A DNA stretch of 64,000 nt, from positions 130,146 through 194,145 of the forward strand of contig JAJCYW010000021.1 in NCBI GenBank assembly GCA_029262675.1, read 5' to 3'. The translations under genes and the position numbers were made by a program. Source of the DNA: Chloroflexota bacterium. Its GTDB lineage: Bacteria > Chloroflexota > Dehalococcoidia > DSTF01 > RBG-16-68-14. The notes beneath the pieces were generated by a model. That model was given only the letters and a program-made list of their open reading frames with translations, searched no databases and had not been told where the DNA came from. This document shows positions 47,990 through 56,665 of this stretch, piece after piece; position 1 is the stretch's first letter, and every line of letters begins with the position of its first letter.

Positions 47990-49447
47990 TTGTTACTAGC
48001 GCAGATGACAGCGAACGACCACCCGCTCGACTTCCTCTTCCGCCCGCGGAGCATCGCCGTCGTCGGCGCTAGCACCGGCCAAGGTCCCGGCAGCGGTTTC
48101 CTGATGGCAATCAAGGAGATGGGCTTTTCGGGCACCCTCTACCCCGTCAATCCCAAGGCTTTCGAGCTCCAGGGCCTGACGTGCTACCCCAGCCTGGCCG
48201 ACGTCCCAGGCACCGTTGACTACGTGATCTCGTGCATTCCGGTCGCCCTAGTGCCACAGATGGTCGAGGAGGCGGCCGGCAAGGGCGTGCGGGCGATCCA
48301 GTTCTTCACCGCGGGCTTCGGCGAGACCGGCGACGCCGAACGAGCCGAGCAGGAGTCGCAGGTCTTGGCGCGAACGCGGGAGCTGGGCATCCGCATCGTC
48401 GGGCCGAACTGCCTCGGCCTCTGCTGCCCGGAAACGGGCCTCTCGTTCATGCCGGGGCTGCCGCCCGAGCCGGGGCCCGTCGGCATGGTCTCACAGAGCG
48501 GCGCCAACGCCGGCGACATCTGCCGCACGGGCGGCGCGCGCGGACTTCGCTACAGCAAGGTGATCAGCTACGGCAACGCCACGGACCTCACCGAGAGCGA
48601 TTTCCTCGACTACCTGGCGGACGATCCGGCGACCGAAATCATCACCTCCTACATCGAGGGGATCAAAGACGGCCCGCGCTTCTTCGCGACACTGAAGAAG
48701 GCCGCCGCCGCCAAGCCCGTGATCGTCCTCAAGGGCGGGCGTACGGAGGCCGGCGGCCGCGCGACCGTGTCGCACACGGGCAGCCTGGCCGGCGAGCTAC
48801 AGGTCTTCGATGCCGTCTGCCGCCAGACGGGCGCGATGCGCGTCGAGAGCATCGACGAGCTCGTCGACCTGGCAACGGCCTTCCGCTACGTCCCGGTCGT
48901 GGCCGGTCCCGGCATCGGCATCGTCGGCGTCGGCGGCGGCAACAGCGTGCTGGCGGCGGACGACATCGCGGCGGCCGGCCTCGAGGTGCCGGTGCTGCCT
49001 GATGACACGCAACGACAGCTGGCCGAGTTCACGCCCGTGGCCGGGACGAGCGTGCGCAATCCGGTCGACACCAACGTCGGATTCGGGCCAGACGGCCCGC
49101 GGCTGATGCGCGAGACGCTGCGCCTGGTGGCCGAGGCGCCGAACATCGACGTGATCATCTACCAAGCGCCTATTGGCTGGGGGCCGTCGCGACGCACTAG
49201 TGACGAAGACGGCCCGAGTGTGGTCGAACAGGCCAAGCTGATGGCGGTGGCGACGGGAGAGGCCGTCCGCGACTTCGGAAAGCCGATCGTCACGCTCGTC
49301 CGGCCGCCGCTCACCGCGGAGGTGATGGAGGCCAGCATCGCATTCAAAGAGGAAGCGGCCGCCCAGAACCTGGCGATCTTCGCCGCCGTCTCCAGCGCCG
49401 CCCGCGCGCTGCGCCGCGTGTTGGACCGGCGAGCGCGCTTCGACTAA
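47990..49447 (+). CDS. CoA-binding acyl-CoA synthetase (NDP-forming) alpha-type protein
   Basis: CoA-binding Rossmann region (IAVVGAS...YPVNP), a succinyl-CoA-synthetase-like domain with phosphohistidine loop SHTGSLAG. Confidence 0.7.
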   Translation: MLLAQMTANDHPLDFLFRPRSIAVVGASTGQGPGSGFLMAIKEMGFSGTLYPVNPKAFELQGLTCYPSLADVPGTVDYVISCIPVALVPQMVEEAAGKGVRAIQFFTAGFGETGDAERAEQESQVLARTRELGIRIVGPNCLGLCCPETGLSFMPGLPPEPGPVGMVSQSGANAGDICRTGGARGLRYSKVISYGNATDLTESDFLDYLADDPATEIITSYIEGIKDGPRFFATLKKAAAAKPVIVLKGGRTEAGGRATVSHTGSLAGELQVFDAVCRQTGAMRVESIDELVDLATAFRYVPVVAGPGIGIVGVGGGNSVLAADDIAAAGLEVPVLPDDTQRQLAEFTPVAGTSVRNPVDTNVGFGPDGPRLMRETLRLVAEAPNIDVIIYQAPIGWGPSRRTSDEDGPSVVEQAKLMAVATGEAVRDFGKPIVTLVRPPLTAEVMEASIAFKEEAAAQNLAIFAAVSSAARALRRVLDRRARFD

Positions 49448-49950
49448 ACGTCGTCTTCCAGGAAGTCGTCCTCTAGCGGCTCGAATATCGTACGTGGGTG
49501 GTAGAGGTCCTTGAGCCACGGCAGCAGCAACTGCCGGATGGCCGCGAGGCTGACGATACTTGCGACGATCAGCAGCACCAGACCCCAACTGTTACCCGCC
49601 GCGACAATGCCAAGCGCGGCGCCCGCGGCCGGCGCGTGTTCTGTATTCATCGCCGCCATCAGGAAGATAGCCAGGCCTACGGCAAGCGACCCTCCGAGCG
49701 CGACCTGCAGCGCAACGGTTGGGTCGAATATCGAACCGAGCGTGCCTGTAGCCAGGGCGATGCCATACCCACCCAGCGTGTGACGGGGCTCGGCCATTTC
49801 GCTGTACGGCATGATGAAGAGGACGAACGCCGTAGAGCCGATGGCCGAGACGACGACCGCGTTCGATAGCGCGCCGCGCTCGAAGAAGAGCACGCCGAGC
49901 AGCACCAGCGTCGCCAGCGAGCATTTGGAATACGTAGCTCGGCAGGTCAC
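49444..49950 (-). CDS. HPP-family integral membrane protein
   Basis: 4-5 transmembrane helices and a glycine-rich pattern consistent with the HPP family. Confidence 0.45.
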   Translation of the reverse strand: MTCRATYSKCSLATLVLLGVLFFERGALSNAVVVSAIGSTAFVLFIMPYSEMAEPRHTLGGYGIALATGTLGSIFDPTVALQVALGGSLAVGLAIFLMAAMNTEHAPAAGAALGIVAAGNSWGLVLLIVASIVSLAAIRQLLLPWLKDLYHPRTIFEPLEDDFLEDDV

Positions 49951-50006
49951 GCCGCAGCTTTGGATCGAGGACGTGTGACAGAAGCTGCAAACTCTGCGAC
50001 TTACCG

Positions 50007-51785
50007 CTAACGCCGACGGAACTGGCGCGCGAGCACGCTAGCGCTCATGTGGACGGTCGTCGGGCGGCCGTGGGGACAGGTGCGCGGGTGCTCGGCGGCC
50101 TCAAGCAGGCTCAGCAACTCGCGCTGTTCGTCCTCCGTCATCGTCTGCCCCGCGCGCACGGAGCCGTGGCATGCCAGCGACGCCGCGAGCCGGTGAACGG
50201 GGTCGTCTTGAGGGCCGTCCTCCCGCGCCAACAGATCGAGCAGCTCGCCGACCGACCGCGTCACATCGCCGCCCTCCGCGATCGCCGGGGGCACCGCGCG
50301 GATCAGGAAGGCGCCGTCGCCGAACGGTTCGATCTCGAACCCGCTGGCCGTGAGTTGTTCTGAGAACGTGCCCAGCAGCGCCTGCTGGCGCGCCGTCAGC
50401 TCCACTGTCGCTGGCTGGAGCAGCGGCTGCAGCTCGCGGACACCCTCCGCGAGCCGGCGGAGGTGGCGCTCGTAGAGCACGCGCTCGTGCGCGGCGTGTT
50501 GGTCGACGAGGTACATACCTTCAGGGCCCTCGGCGATTACATACGTGTTGCTCACTTGGCCGACAGGCCGAAGCACGGGCAAGTCCCCGGACGCCGGAAG
50601 CTGCGGACGGGCGACCGCCTCCGCGCCGGCCTGCGGCGTGTTGCTGAGGAAATCTGGCACGTCCGACCGCGGGGCCGCCTGCGCAGTGCCGAAGCCTGGG
50701 CCGGCGGCGAAACCGCCGGTAGGCGGCGACGCGTTGGCGAACCTGGCCGCAAACGCCGGATTCGCCGAGGTATCGATCGCGGGCACGGGCGTCCGGGCTG
50801 AGAGCGTGGTCCGCACGGCGCGCTGGACCGCGGCGAAGACGGCGCGCTCGTTGCGGAAACGCACCTCGGCCTTCGCCGGGTGGACGTTGACGTCGACCTC
50901 GTCCGGCGGCAGCGTGATCTCGATAATGGCGATGGGATGGCGGCCCGCGGGCAGCATGCCTTGGTACGCCTCCGCAACCGCGAACGTCAGCGCCCGGTGG
51001 CGGATCCAGCGCCGGTTTGCGAAGAGCGAGATGTAGGTTCGGTTGGCGCGGGAAACGGCCGGCGAGCCCGCCAGCCCCGCGATCTTCAGCGACCCCTGCG
51101 CGCGCGCTTCTGTCTCCAGAGGAAGCAGCTCCGACGCGACCTCGACGCCGTAGACCGCGGCGGCGGCATCTCGCACGTCACCGTTGCCCGGCGTGGACAG
51201 CGCCGTCCGCTTGTCGGTGCGCAGCGTGAACCGCACTTCCGCGTAGGCCAACGCATAGTGCGTGAGCACCGTCGCGATCTGCCCGCCCTCCGAGGCCGCC
51301 GACCGCATGAACTTGAGCCGCGCAGGTTGGCGGTGAAAGAGCCCCTGAACGGTTACGGACGTTCCCGGCGGCGCGCCCGCGCTGCCCTGATGCTCAACAG
51401 CGCCGTCCTTGAGAACGATGCGGCCCGCGACGAGCGCGCCCGGCGTACGGGACTGCAGCTCGACATCGGCGGCGGCGGCGATACTTGGCAGCGCCTCGCC
51501 GCGGAAGCCGAGCGTCTCGATGCGCCACAGCTCGTCCTCCGTCGACAGTTTGCTGGTCGCATGGCGCTCGAACGCGACGAGCAGCTCTTCAGGTTCGATG
51601 CCGCAGCCATCGTCCGTGACGCGGAGGAAGGCGATGCCGCCCTGCCTCGTCTCGACCGTGATCTGGCGCGCGCCTGCGTCGAGCGAGTTCTCGATCAGCT
51701 CTTTGACGATGGACGCGGGACGCTCGATGACTTCGCCGGCGGCGATGCGGGCAGCTTCGTGCGGGGTGAGCACGCGGATAGGCAC
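50007..51785 (-). CDS. mutL: DNA mismatch repair protein MutL
   Basis: GHKL ATPase motifs (ELIENSLDAGA, VTDDGCGI, GFRGEALPSIA) and a C-terminal dimerisation domain. GTG start after GGAGGT; the track start 52064 would overlap the thiolase. Confidence 0.85.
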   Translation of the reverse strand: MPIRVLTPHEAARIAAGEVIERPASIVKELIENSLDAGARQITVETRQGGIAFLRVTDDGCGIEPEELLVAFERHATSKLSTEDELWRIETLGFRGEALPSIAAAADVELQSRTPGALVAGRIVLKDGAVEHQGSAGAPPGTSVTVQGLFHRQPARLKFMRSAASEGGQIATVLTHYALAYAEVRFTLRTDKRTALSTPGNGDVRDAAAAVYGVEVASELLPLETEARAQGSLKIAGLAGSPAVSRANRTYISLFANRRWIRHRALTFAVAEAYQGMLPAGRHPIAIIEITLPPDEVDVNVHPAKAEVRFRNERAVFAAVQRAVRTTLSARTPVPAIDTSANPAFAARFANASPPTGGFAAGPGFGTAQAAPRSDVPDFLSNTPQAGAEAVARPQLPASGDLPVLRPVGQVSNTYVIAEGPEGMYLVDQHAAHERVLYERHLRRLAEGVRELQPLLQPATVELTARQQALLGTFSEQLTASGFEIEPFGDGAFLIRAVPPAIAEGGDVTRSVGELLDLLAREDGPQDDPVHRLAASLACHGSVRAGQTMTEDEQRELLSLLEAAEHPRTCPHGRPTTVHMSASVLARQFRRR

Positions 51786-51897
51786 GTAAGGCGACCTCCG
51801 CGGCCATGGTACCACCGAGGGAAGCAGCGAACCACGACACATAACAACGGAGCGCGGCTGTCGCCGCGCCCCGCGTTGTCTCTTCCCTTGAGAGCGT

Positions 51898-53205
51898 CTA
51901 GACCGCTTCGACGATGGTCGAGATGCCCATCCCCGCGCCGATGCACTGTGTGGCCAGGCCGTAGCGCTTGCCGGAGCGCTGCAGCTCACGCGAGACGGTG
52001 CCGACGAGGCGCGCACCCGTGGCGCCAAGCGGGTGTCCGATCGCGAGCGATCCGCCGTTGACATTCACCTTGTCAAGCGAAATGCCGAGCTCCTGGCACG
52101 ACGGTATCACCTGCGCCGCAAACGCCTCGTTGAACTCAACGCGGTCGATCTGGTCGGACGTGATGCCGGCGTGGCGGAGCGCCCTGTTTGTGGAGGGCAC
52201 CGGGCCCAGGCCCATTAGCTGCGGCTTGACGCCGCCGACGCCGAAGCCGACGATGCGGGCCATCGGCTCAATGCCCAGCTCTCGCGCCTTCTCTTCACTC
52301 ATCAGCAGCGCCACGGAGATGCCATCGTTGGTCGGGCAGGAGTTACCCGCCGTGACGCGGATCTCCTGACCGCCGTAGCTCTGGATGCCGCCGATCGCCT
52401 TCAGTCCGCCCAGACCCTCCATGTTCGTTCCGCGGCGGAGACCCTCGTCCTGCGCGAACGTGACCATCTCGCCGCGCTCGTCCGGCACCCACTTGCCTTC
52501 GTCATCCATTACGGGCGTCTCGACCTCTAGCGGAATGATCTCGTCGTTGTAGATGCCGTTGTCGTACGCGACAGCGGTTCGGCGCTGGCTCTCGACAGCA
52601 AATTCATCGATCGCCTCGCGGCTAAGGTCGTAGACCTCAGCAACGTTCTGCGCCGTCTGCGTCATCGACATCAGCGGCGGCGCGTCCAGAATGTAGTCCG
52701 GGAACTTCACGGAGAAATCGTCGTCGTGGTTGGGCGCCATGTCACGCTGCTCGGGCGTTTGGTCCTGCCGCTTGCTATTGAATTCCGTCACGCGGGTCTT
52801 CTCGAAGCCGGGGCCGCCGGCCAGCGTTCGGCCCATCCGCTCGACGCCGAGGGCGATGCCGACCTCGGTCGCGCCGACCATGATCGACTGGGCGATGCGG
52901 TGGAGCGTCTCCATGCTGGAGCCGCACTGGCGGTCCGAGTCGAACGAGCAGACCTCCGACGGCATGCCAGCCATTCGGGCGATAACGTTCGCGCCGATGC
53001 CGCCGGCGAACTCGCCGACACCCAATACGTTGCCCATGCCAACGTCTTCCACCATCGACGGCTTGACCTTGGGGTTACGTTCCATGACAGCGCGCAACAC
53101 GTGCGCTCCGGCCTCGTCCAGCCGAGTCGCGACCATCATGCCGCGGCCGCCGCGCGCGAACGCCGAGCGGGCGGCGTCAACGATCACTACGTTCTTCAGT
53201 TCCAT
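51898..53205 (-). CDS. Thiolase (acetyl-CoA C-acyltransferase family)
   Basis: Active-site Cys context (CGSSMETL) and C-terminal NVNGGSLAIGHPLGATG and CIGAGMG. Confidence 0.85.
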   Translation of the reverse strand: MELKNVVIVDAARSAFARGGRGMMVATRLDEAGAHVLRAVMERNPKVKPSMVEDVGMGNVLGVGEFAGGIGANVIARMAGMPSEVCSFDSDRQCGSSMETLHRIAQSIMVGATEVGIALGVERMGRTLAGGPGFEKTRVTEFNSKRQDQTPEQRDMAPNHDDDFSVKFPDYILDAPPLMSMTQTAQNVAEVYDLSREAIDEFAVESQRRTAVAYDNGIYNDEIIPLEVETPVMDDEGKWVPDERGEMVTFAQDEGLRRGTNMEGLGGLKAIGGIQSYGGQEIRVTAGNSCPTNDGISVALLMSEEKARELGIEPMARIVGFGVGGVKPQLMGLGPVPSTNRALRHAGITSDQIDRVEFNEAFAAQVIPSCQELGISLDKVNVNGGSLAIGHPLGATGARLVGTVSRELQRSGKRYGLATQCIGAGMGISTIVEAV

Positions 53206-53336
53206 CGTGTCCTCCTCAATTCTGATTCGTATCTCTCAGCTTCGTATCTCGCGAACGCACGGTACTATTGAGTCCGCGCGACTGTCAAGCTGCGCGGCCT
53301 GATCTGGCAAGCGACGCGCGGGTATACTGCGAAACG

Positions 53337-54482
53337 ATGGCAAGCGAAAAACAACCACCGCGCCCGACTGTCGATATCGGGGCCGACCTGCTCGTCCAAA
53401 ACTGGCGTGGCGAGCTGGAAGCGGTCGAACTCTACCAAGTGCTGGCCAAGCACGAACGGTCCGAGCAGCGCACCCAGATCCTGCTGGAGATGGTCAAGGA
53501 CGAGGAGCGCCACGCGGACATTATGGCGCAGCGTCTGGCTGAGATGGGCGTGGCCCTTCCCGAATACAAAACCACGCTGCGCGTTCGCGTGATGGGGCTG
53601 CTGGCGCGGCTCTTTGGTACGAGCGCCGTCCTCCCCATCGTCGCCAGCATCGAGGCCGACGACGTGACGGCCTACCTTGAGCCGGAGCAGGATGTCGCAG
53701 TGCAGGGCCTGGCCGGCGACGAGCAGCGCCACTACAAGGCGCTGGGCAGCCTCTCCGGCACCGCCGACCCCGGTAGCATCGCCCGCCACGAGCGCTGGCA
53801 TCCAAAAGGTGGCGGCGGCACGCTGCGGGCGGCGATCTTCGGCGTAAGCGACGGACTGGTATCCAACCTGGCCCTGGTGATGGGCTTCGCCGGCGCCCAG
53901 GCCGATGCCGAGTTCGTGATGCTGGCCGGCGTCGCCGGGCTGCTGGCGGGCGCCTGCTCGATGGCCGCCGGTGAGTACACGTCGATGCGGGCCCAGCGCG
54001 AACTCTACGAACGACAGATCCAACTTGAGGAGACTGAGCTGCATCTGATGCCGGAAGAAGAAGAGGCTGAACTGCGGCTGATCTATCGCGCGAAGGGCAT
54101 CCCTGCGGAAGAGGCGAGGCGGCTGGCGAGCACGATCATGGCGAACAAGGACATCGCGCTCGACACGCTAGTCCGCGAAGAACTCGGCCTCGATCCCGCA
54201 GAGCTCGGCTCGCCGTGGGGCGCCGCCATCAGCTCCTTCCTGGCGTTCACCGCTGGCGCGATAGTTCCCGTGCTGGCCTATTTCAGCGGCGCGGGCTGGC
54301 TGCAGTTCGCCATCAGCGCGACGCTGAGCGGCCTGGCGCTCTTCGCCGTCGGCGCGGGCGTCTCGCTCTTCACGGGCCGCAGCGGGCTTTACAGCGGCGC
54401 GCGACAGCTCGCTATCGGCGCGGCGGCCGCGGCGATCACGTTCGGCATCGGCTCCGCGATAGGCGTGGGGGCGGGGATCTAG
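53337..54482 (+). CDS. Ferritin/rubrerythrin-like domain fused to a VIT1/CCC1 family iron/manganese transporter
   Basis: N-terminal four-helix ExxH pairs (ELYQVLAKHE..., DEERHAD...), then a VIT1 membrane domain (GVSDGLVSNLALVMG...). TATACT lies 9 nt before the ATG. Confidence 0.65.
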   Translation: MASEKQPPRPTVDIGADLLVQNWRGELEAVELYQVLAKHERSEQRTQILLEMVKDEERHADIMAQRLAEMGVALPEYKTTLRVRVMGLLARLFGTSAVLPIVASIEADDVTAYLEPEQDVAVQGLAGDEQRHYKALGSLSGTADPGSIARHERWHPKGGGGTLRAAIFGVSDGLVSNLALVMGFAGAQADAEFVMLAGVAGLLAGACSMAAGEYTSMRAQRELYERQIQLEETELHLMPEEEEAELRLIYRAKGIPAEEARRLASTIMANKDIALDTLVREELGLDPAELGSPWGAAISSFLAFTAGAIVPVLAYFSGAGWLQFAISATLSGLALFAVGAGVSLFTGRSGLYSGARQLAIGAAAAAITFGIGSAIGVGAGI

Positions 54483-54486
54483 AAAC

Positions 54487-56658
54487 GTGAGCGACATCTA
54501 CAATCCCGACGTTCCTCTCGACGACCCAGACCTCGACAAGTTTGGCCGCCGGCCATTCGCTGAACGAATTGCACAGACGATTGCGGCTAGAAGCGACTCA
54601 TCCAGCCTGGTCATAAGCGTCTTCGGCGCTTGGGGTGAAGGAAAGACGACCGTCCTCCGATTCATGGAGCGGGCGCTTCGCGAAACAGACGGCCCCGAAT
54701 GTGTCTGGTTCAACCCATGGCTTTTCGGCAGTCAAGAGCAGCTAGTCATTTCTTTTTTCAACGCGATAGCCGTGGGACTAGACAAGACGCTTGCCACTAA
54801 GGCCGAAAAGGTAGGCGACCTGTTAAGGCAGTACGGGGCTCTCCTTGCACCTCTCTCCTTCACGCTCGGTGGTGTAGTTCAAATATCTCCTGGAAAGGGC
54901 GTTGAGGAGGCCGGTAAGGCACTCGCAGCCGTTGATCTGAACGAGTTGCGCGAGCGAATTGAGACCATTCTCGCGAAAGAAGGGAATCGCATCGTCGTAA
55001 TAATGGACGACATTGACCGCCTCGATCGGTCCGAGATCCAAACGATATTCAGGCTCGTGAAGCTGTCCGCCGATTTTCAGCACATGACATATGTCCTAGC
55101 ATTCGATCCAAATGTCGTGGCGGGAGCTCTATCAGAGATGTATGGGACGGGCAGCGCCAAAGCAGGCGCCGATTTCCTGGAGAAGATTGTTCAGGTTCCG
55201 CTGCAGTTGCCAGCAACGCCCAAGGCCGCGTTACGCCGACTCAGTTTTGACAGCGTTAGCGAGGCGCTTAACGACATGAAGATTGACCTCTCCGCGGATC
55301 AGACCCAACGGTTCGGCAGACACTTCGTGGATGGGCTCGAACCGCGAATGGAGACACCTCGAATGGCCAAGAGGTTCACGAATGCTTTGAACTTTGCCCT
55401 CCCCCTACTAAAAGACGAGGTTGACGTCGTCGACCTGATGCTCATCGAGGGGATCCGCGTCTTCTATCCGCGCCTTTACGCGGAACTCAGGCGCAGCGGA
55501 CATTTGTTCTTGGAGTCACTCACAGGCGCGACTGGACCACAAGAGAAACAAAGACGCGCCGAACTCGTAAATCAGGCCCTGGCCGACGTCTCGGAGGAGC
55601 ACGCCAACTGTGCGCGCGGTCTACTCCGGGTCCTGTTTCCGCGAATTGGTGATGTCGAATACGGGCCGCATTGGGATCAGTCATGGGCAAAGGAACGGCG
55701 AGTAGCATCAAGAGAGTACTTCCACCGCTATTTCTCTTGCGCAGTCCTAGAGGATGACGTTTCGGACCAGAAACTTGCATCCGTCTTGGGGAAGTTAGAG
55801 CACGAATCTGTCGATGACCTGGCTTCGCAGTTACGAACGCTGGCAGGAGACAAAGGAGCTTCTGCATTGATTACCAAATTGAGAAGCGAAGGCAGCCAGT
55901 TAACCTCTGCTTCTTCCCGTGCGTTGGCATTGGCAATCGCCGAAATTGGCGATACGTTGCCTCACCCCGATGAGCTCTTCTCATTCCTCACGCCCTTTTC
56001 GCAAGCAGGGATACTTGTGAGTTATCTCGTAGAGAATCTGCCACGCGGAACTGCCCGCTTTGAACTCGCGAAGCAGGTCGTACTCGACGCACAGCCACTC
56101 TCATTTGCTGTCGAATGCTTCAGATGGATTCGATCGGGAACCGATAAAGAAGACGACGACCGGACCATACCAGAAGACAAAGAGGACGAATTGGGTGCCC
56201 TGCTTGCGGAAAGAATAAGATCATGGTGTGAATCTGGGGCGGCGTTACATACAGTCTTTCCTCAACACGTCCCCTGGATTCTCTTCATTTGGATGCATTG
56301 GCGCTCTCGCGAGGAAACATCTCAATACCTTGCAGCGCTGTTTGACGATGAACCGGCGACCGCGATTGAATTTGTAATGACGTATGTCCCTACGGCCTGG
56401 GCTGGCGACTCAGCCACCGGAAGAAAGTCAGACTTGGAACGCAGAGCATTCGATTCGATCGCGGAAGTCGTGGACCCGAAAACTGTCTATGATGCTCTAT
56501 GTCTAGTCATAGGGGAGCAATTGAATCCCGGGACGTACGTTGAGGACGAAGCACTCGATCCTAACCACCGCATAGCGTTGCAGTTCGCGTACATCTACCA
56601 CCATCCGCCAGCTCAGGAACCTGCGGATGGAAACGAGCAGACAAGCGAACCTGCTTGA
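54487..56658 (+). CDS. KAP-family P-loop NTPase (soluble form, no inserted transmembrane helices)
   Basis: Walker A VFGAWGEGKTT and Walker B VVIMDDIDRLD in KAP-typical spacing, 723 aa. Visibly lower GC than flanking genes. GTG start 4 nt after the VIT1 stop. Confidence 0.6.
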   Translation: MSDIYNPDVPLDDPDLDKFGRRPFAERIAQTIAARSDSSSLVISVFGAWGEGKTTVLRFMERALRETDGPECVWFNPWLFGSQEQLVISFFNAIAVGLDKTLATKAEKVGDLLRQYGALLAPLSFTLGGVVQISPGKGVEEAGKALAAVDLNELRERIETILAKEGNRIVVIMDDIDRLDRSEIQTIFRLVKLSADFQHMTYVLAFDPNVVAGALSEMYGTGSAKAGADFLEKIVQVPLQLPATPKAALRRLSFDSVSEALNDMKIDLSADQTQRFGRHFVDGLEPRMETPRMAKRFTNALNFALPLLKDEVDVVDLMLIEGIRVFYPRLYAELRRSGHLFLESLTGATGPQEKQRRAELVNQALADVSEEHANCARGLLRVLFPRIGDVEYGPHWDQSWAKERRVASREYFHRYFSCAVLEDDVSDQKLASVLGKLEHESVDDLASQLRTLAGDKGASALITKLRSEGSQLTSASSRALALAIAEIGDTLPHPDELFSFLTPFSQAGILVSYLVENLPRGTARFELAKQVVLDAQPLSFAVECFRWIRSGTDKEDDDRTIPEDKEDELGALLAERIRSWCESGAALHTVFPQHVPWILFIWMHWRSREETSQYLAALFDDEPATAIEFVMTYVPTAWAGDSATGRKSDLERRAFDSIAEVVDPKTVYDALCLVIGEQLNPGTYVEDEALDPNHRIALQFAYIYHHPPAQEPADGNEQTSEPA

Positions 56659-56665
56659 GGGTCTC

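Noticed and set aside
50880-52061. 393-aa plus-strand ORF
   Set aside because: Antisense to mutL and the thiolase.
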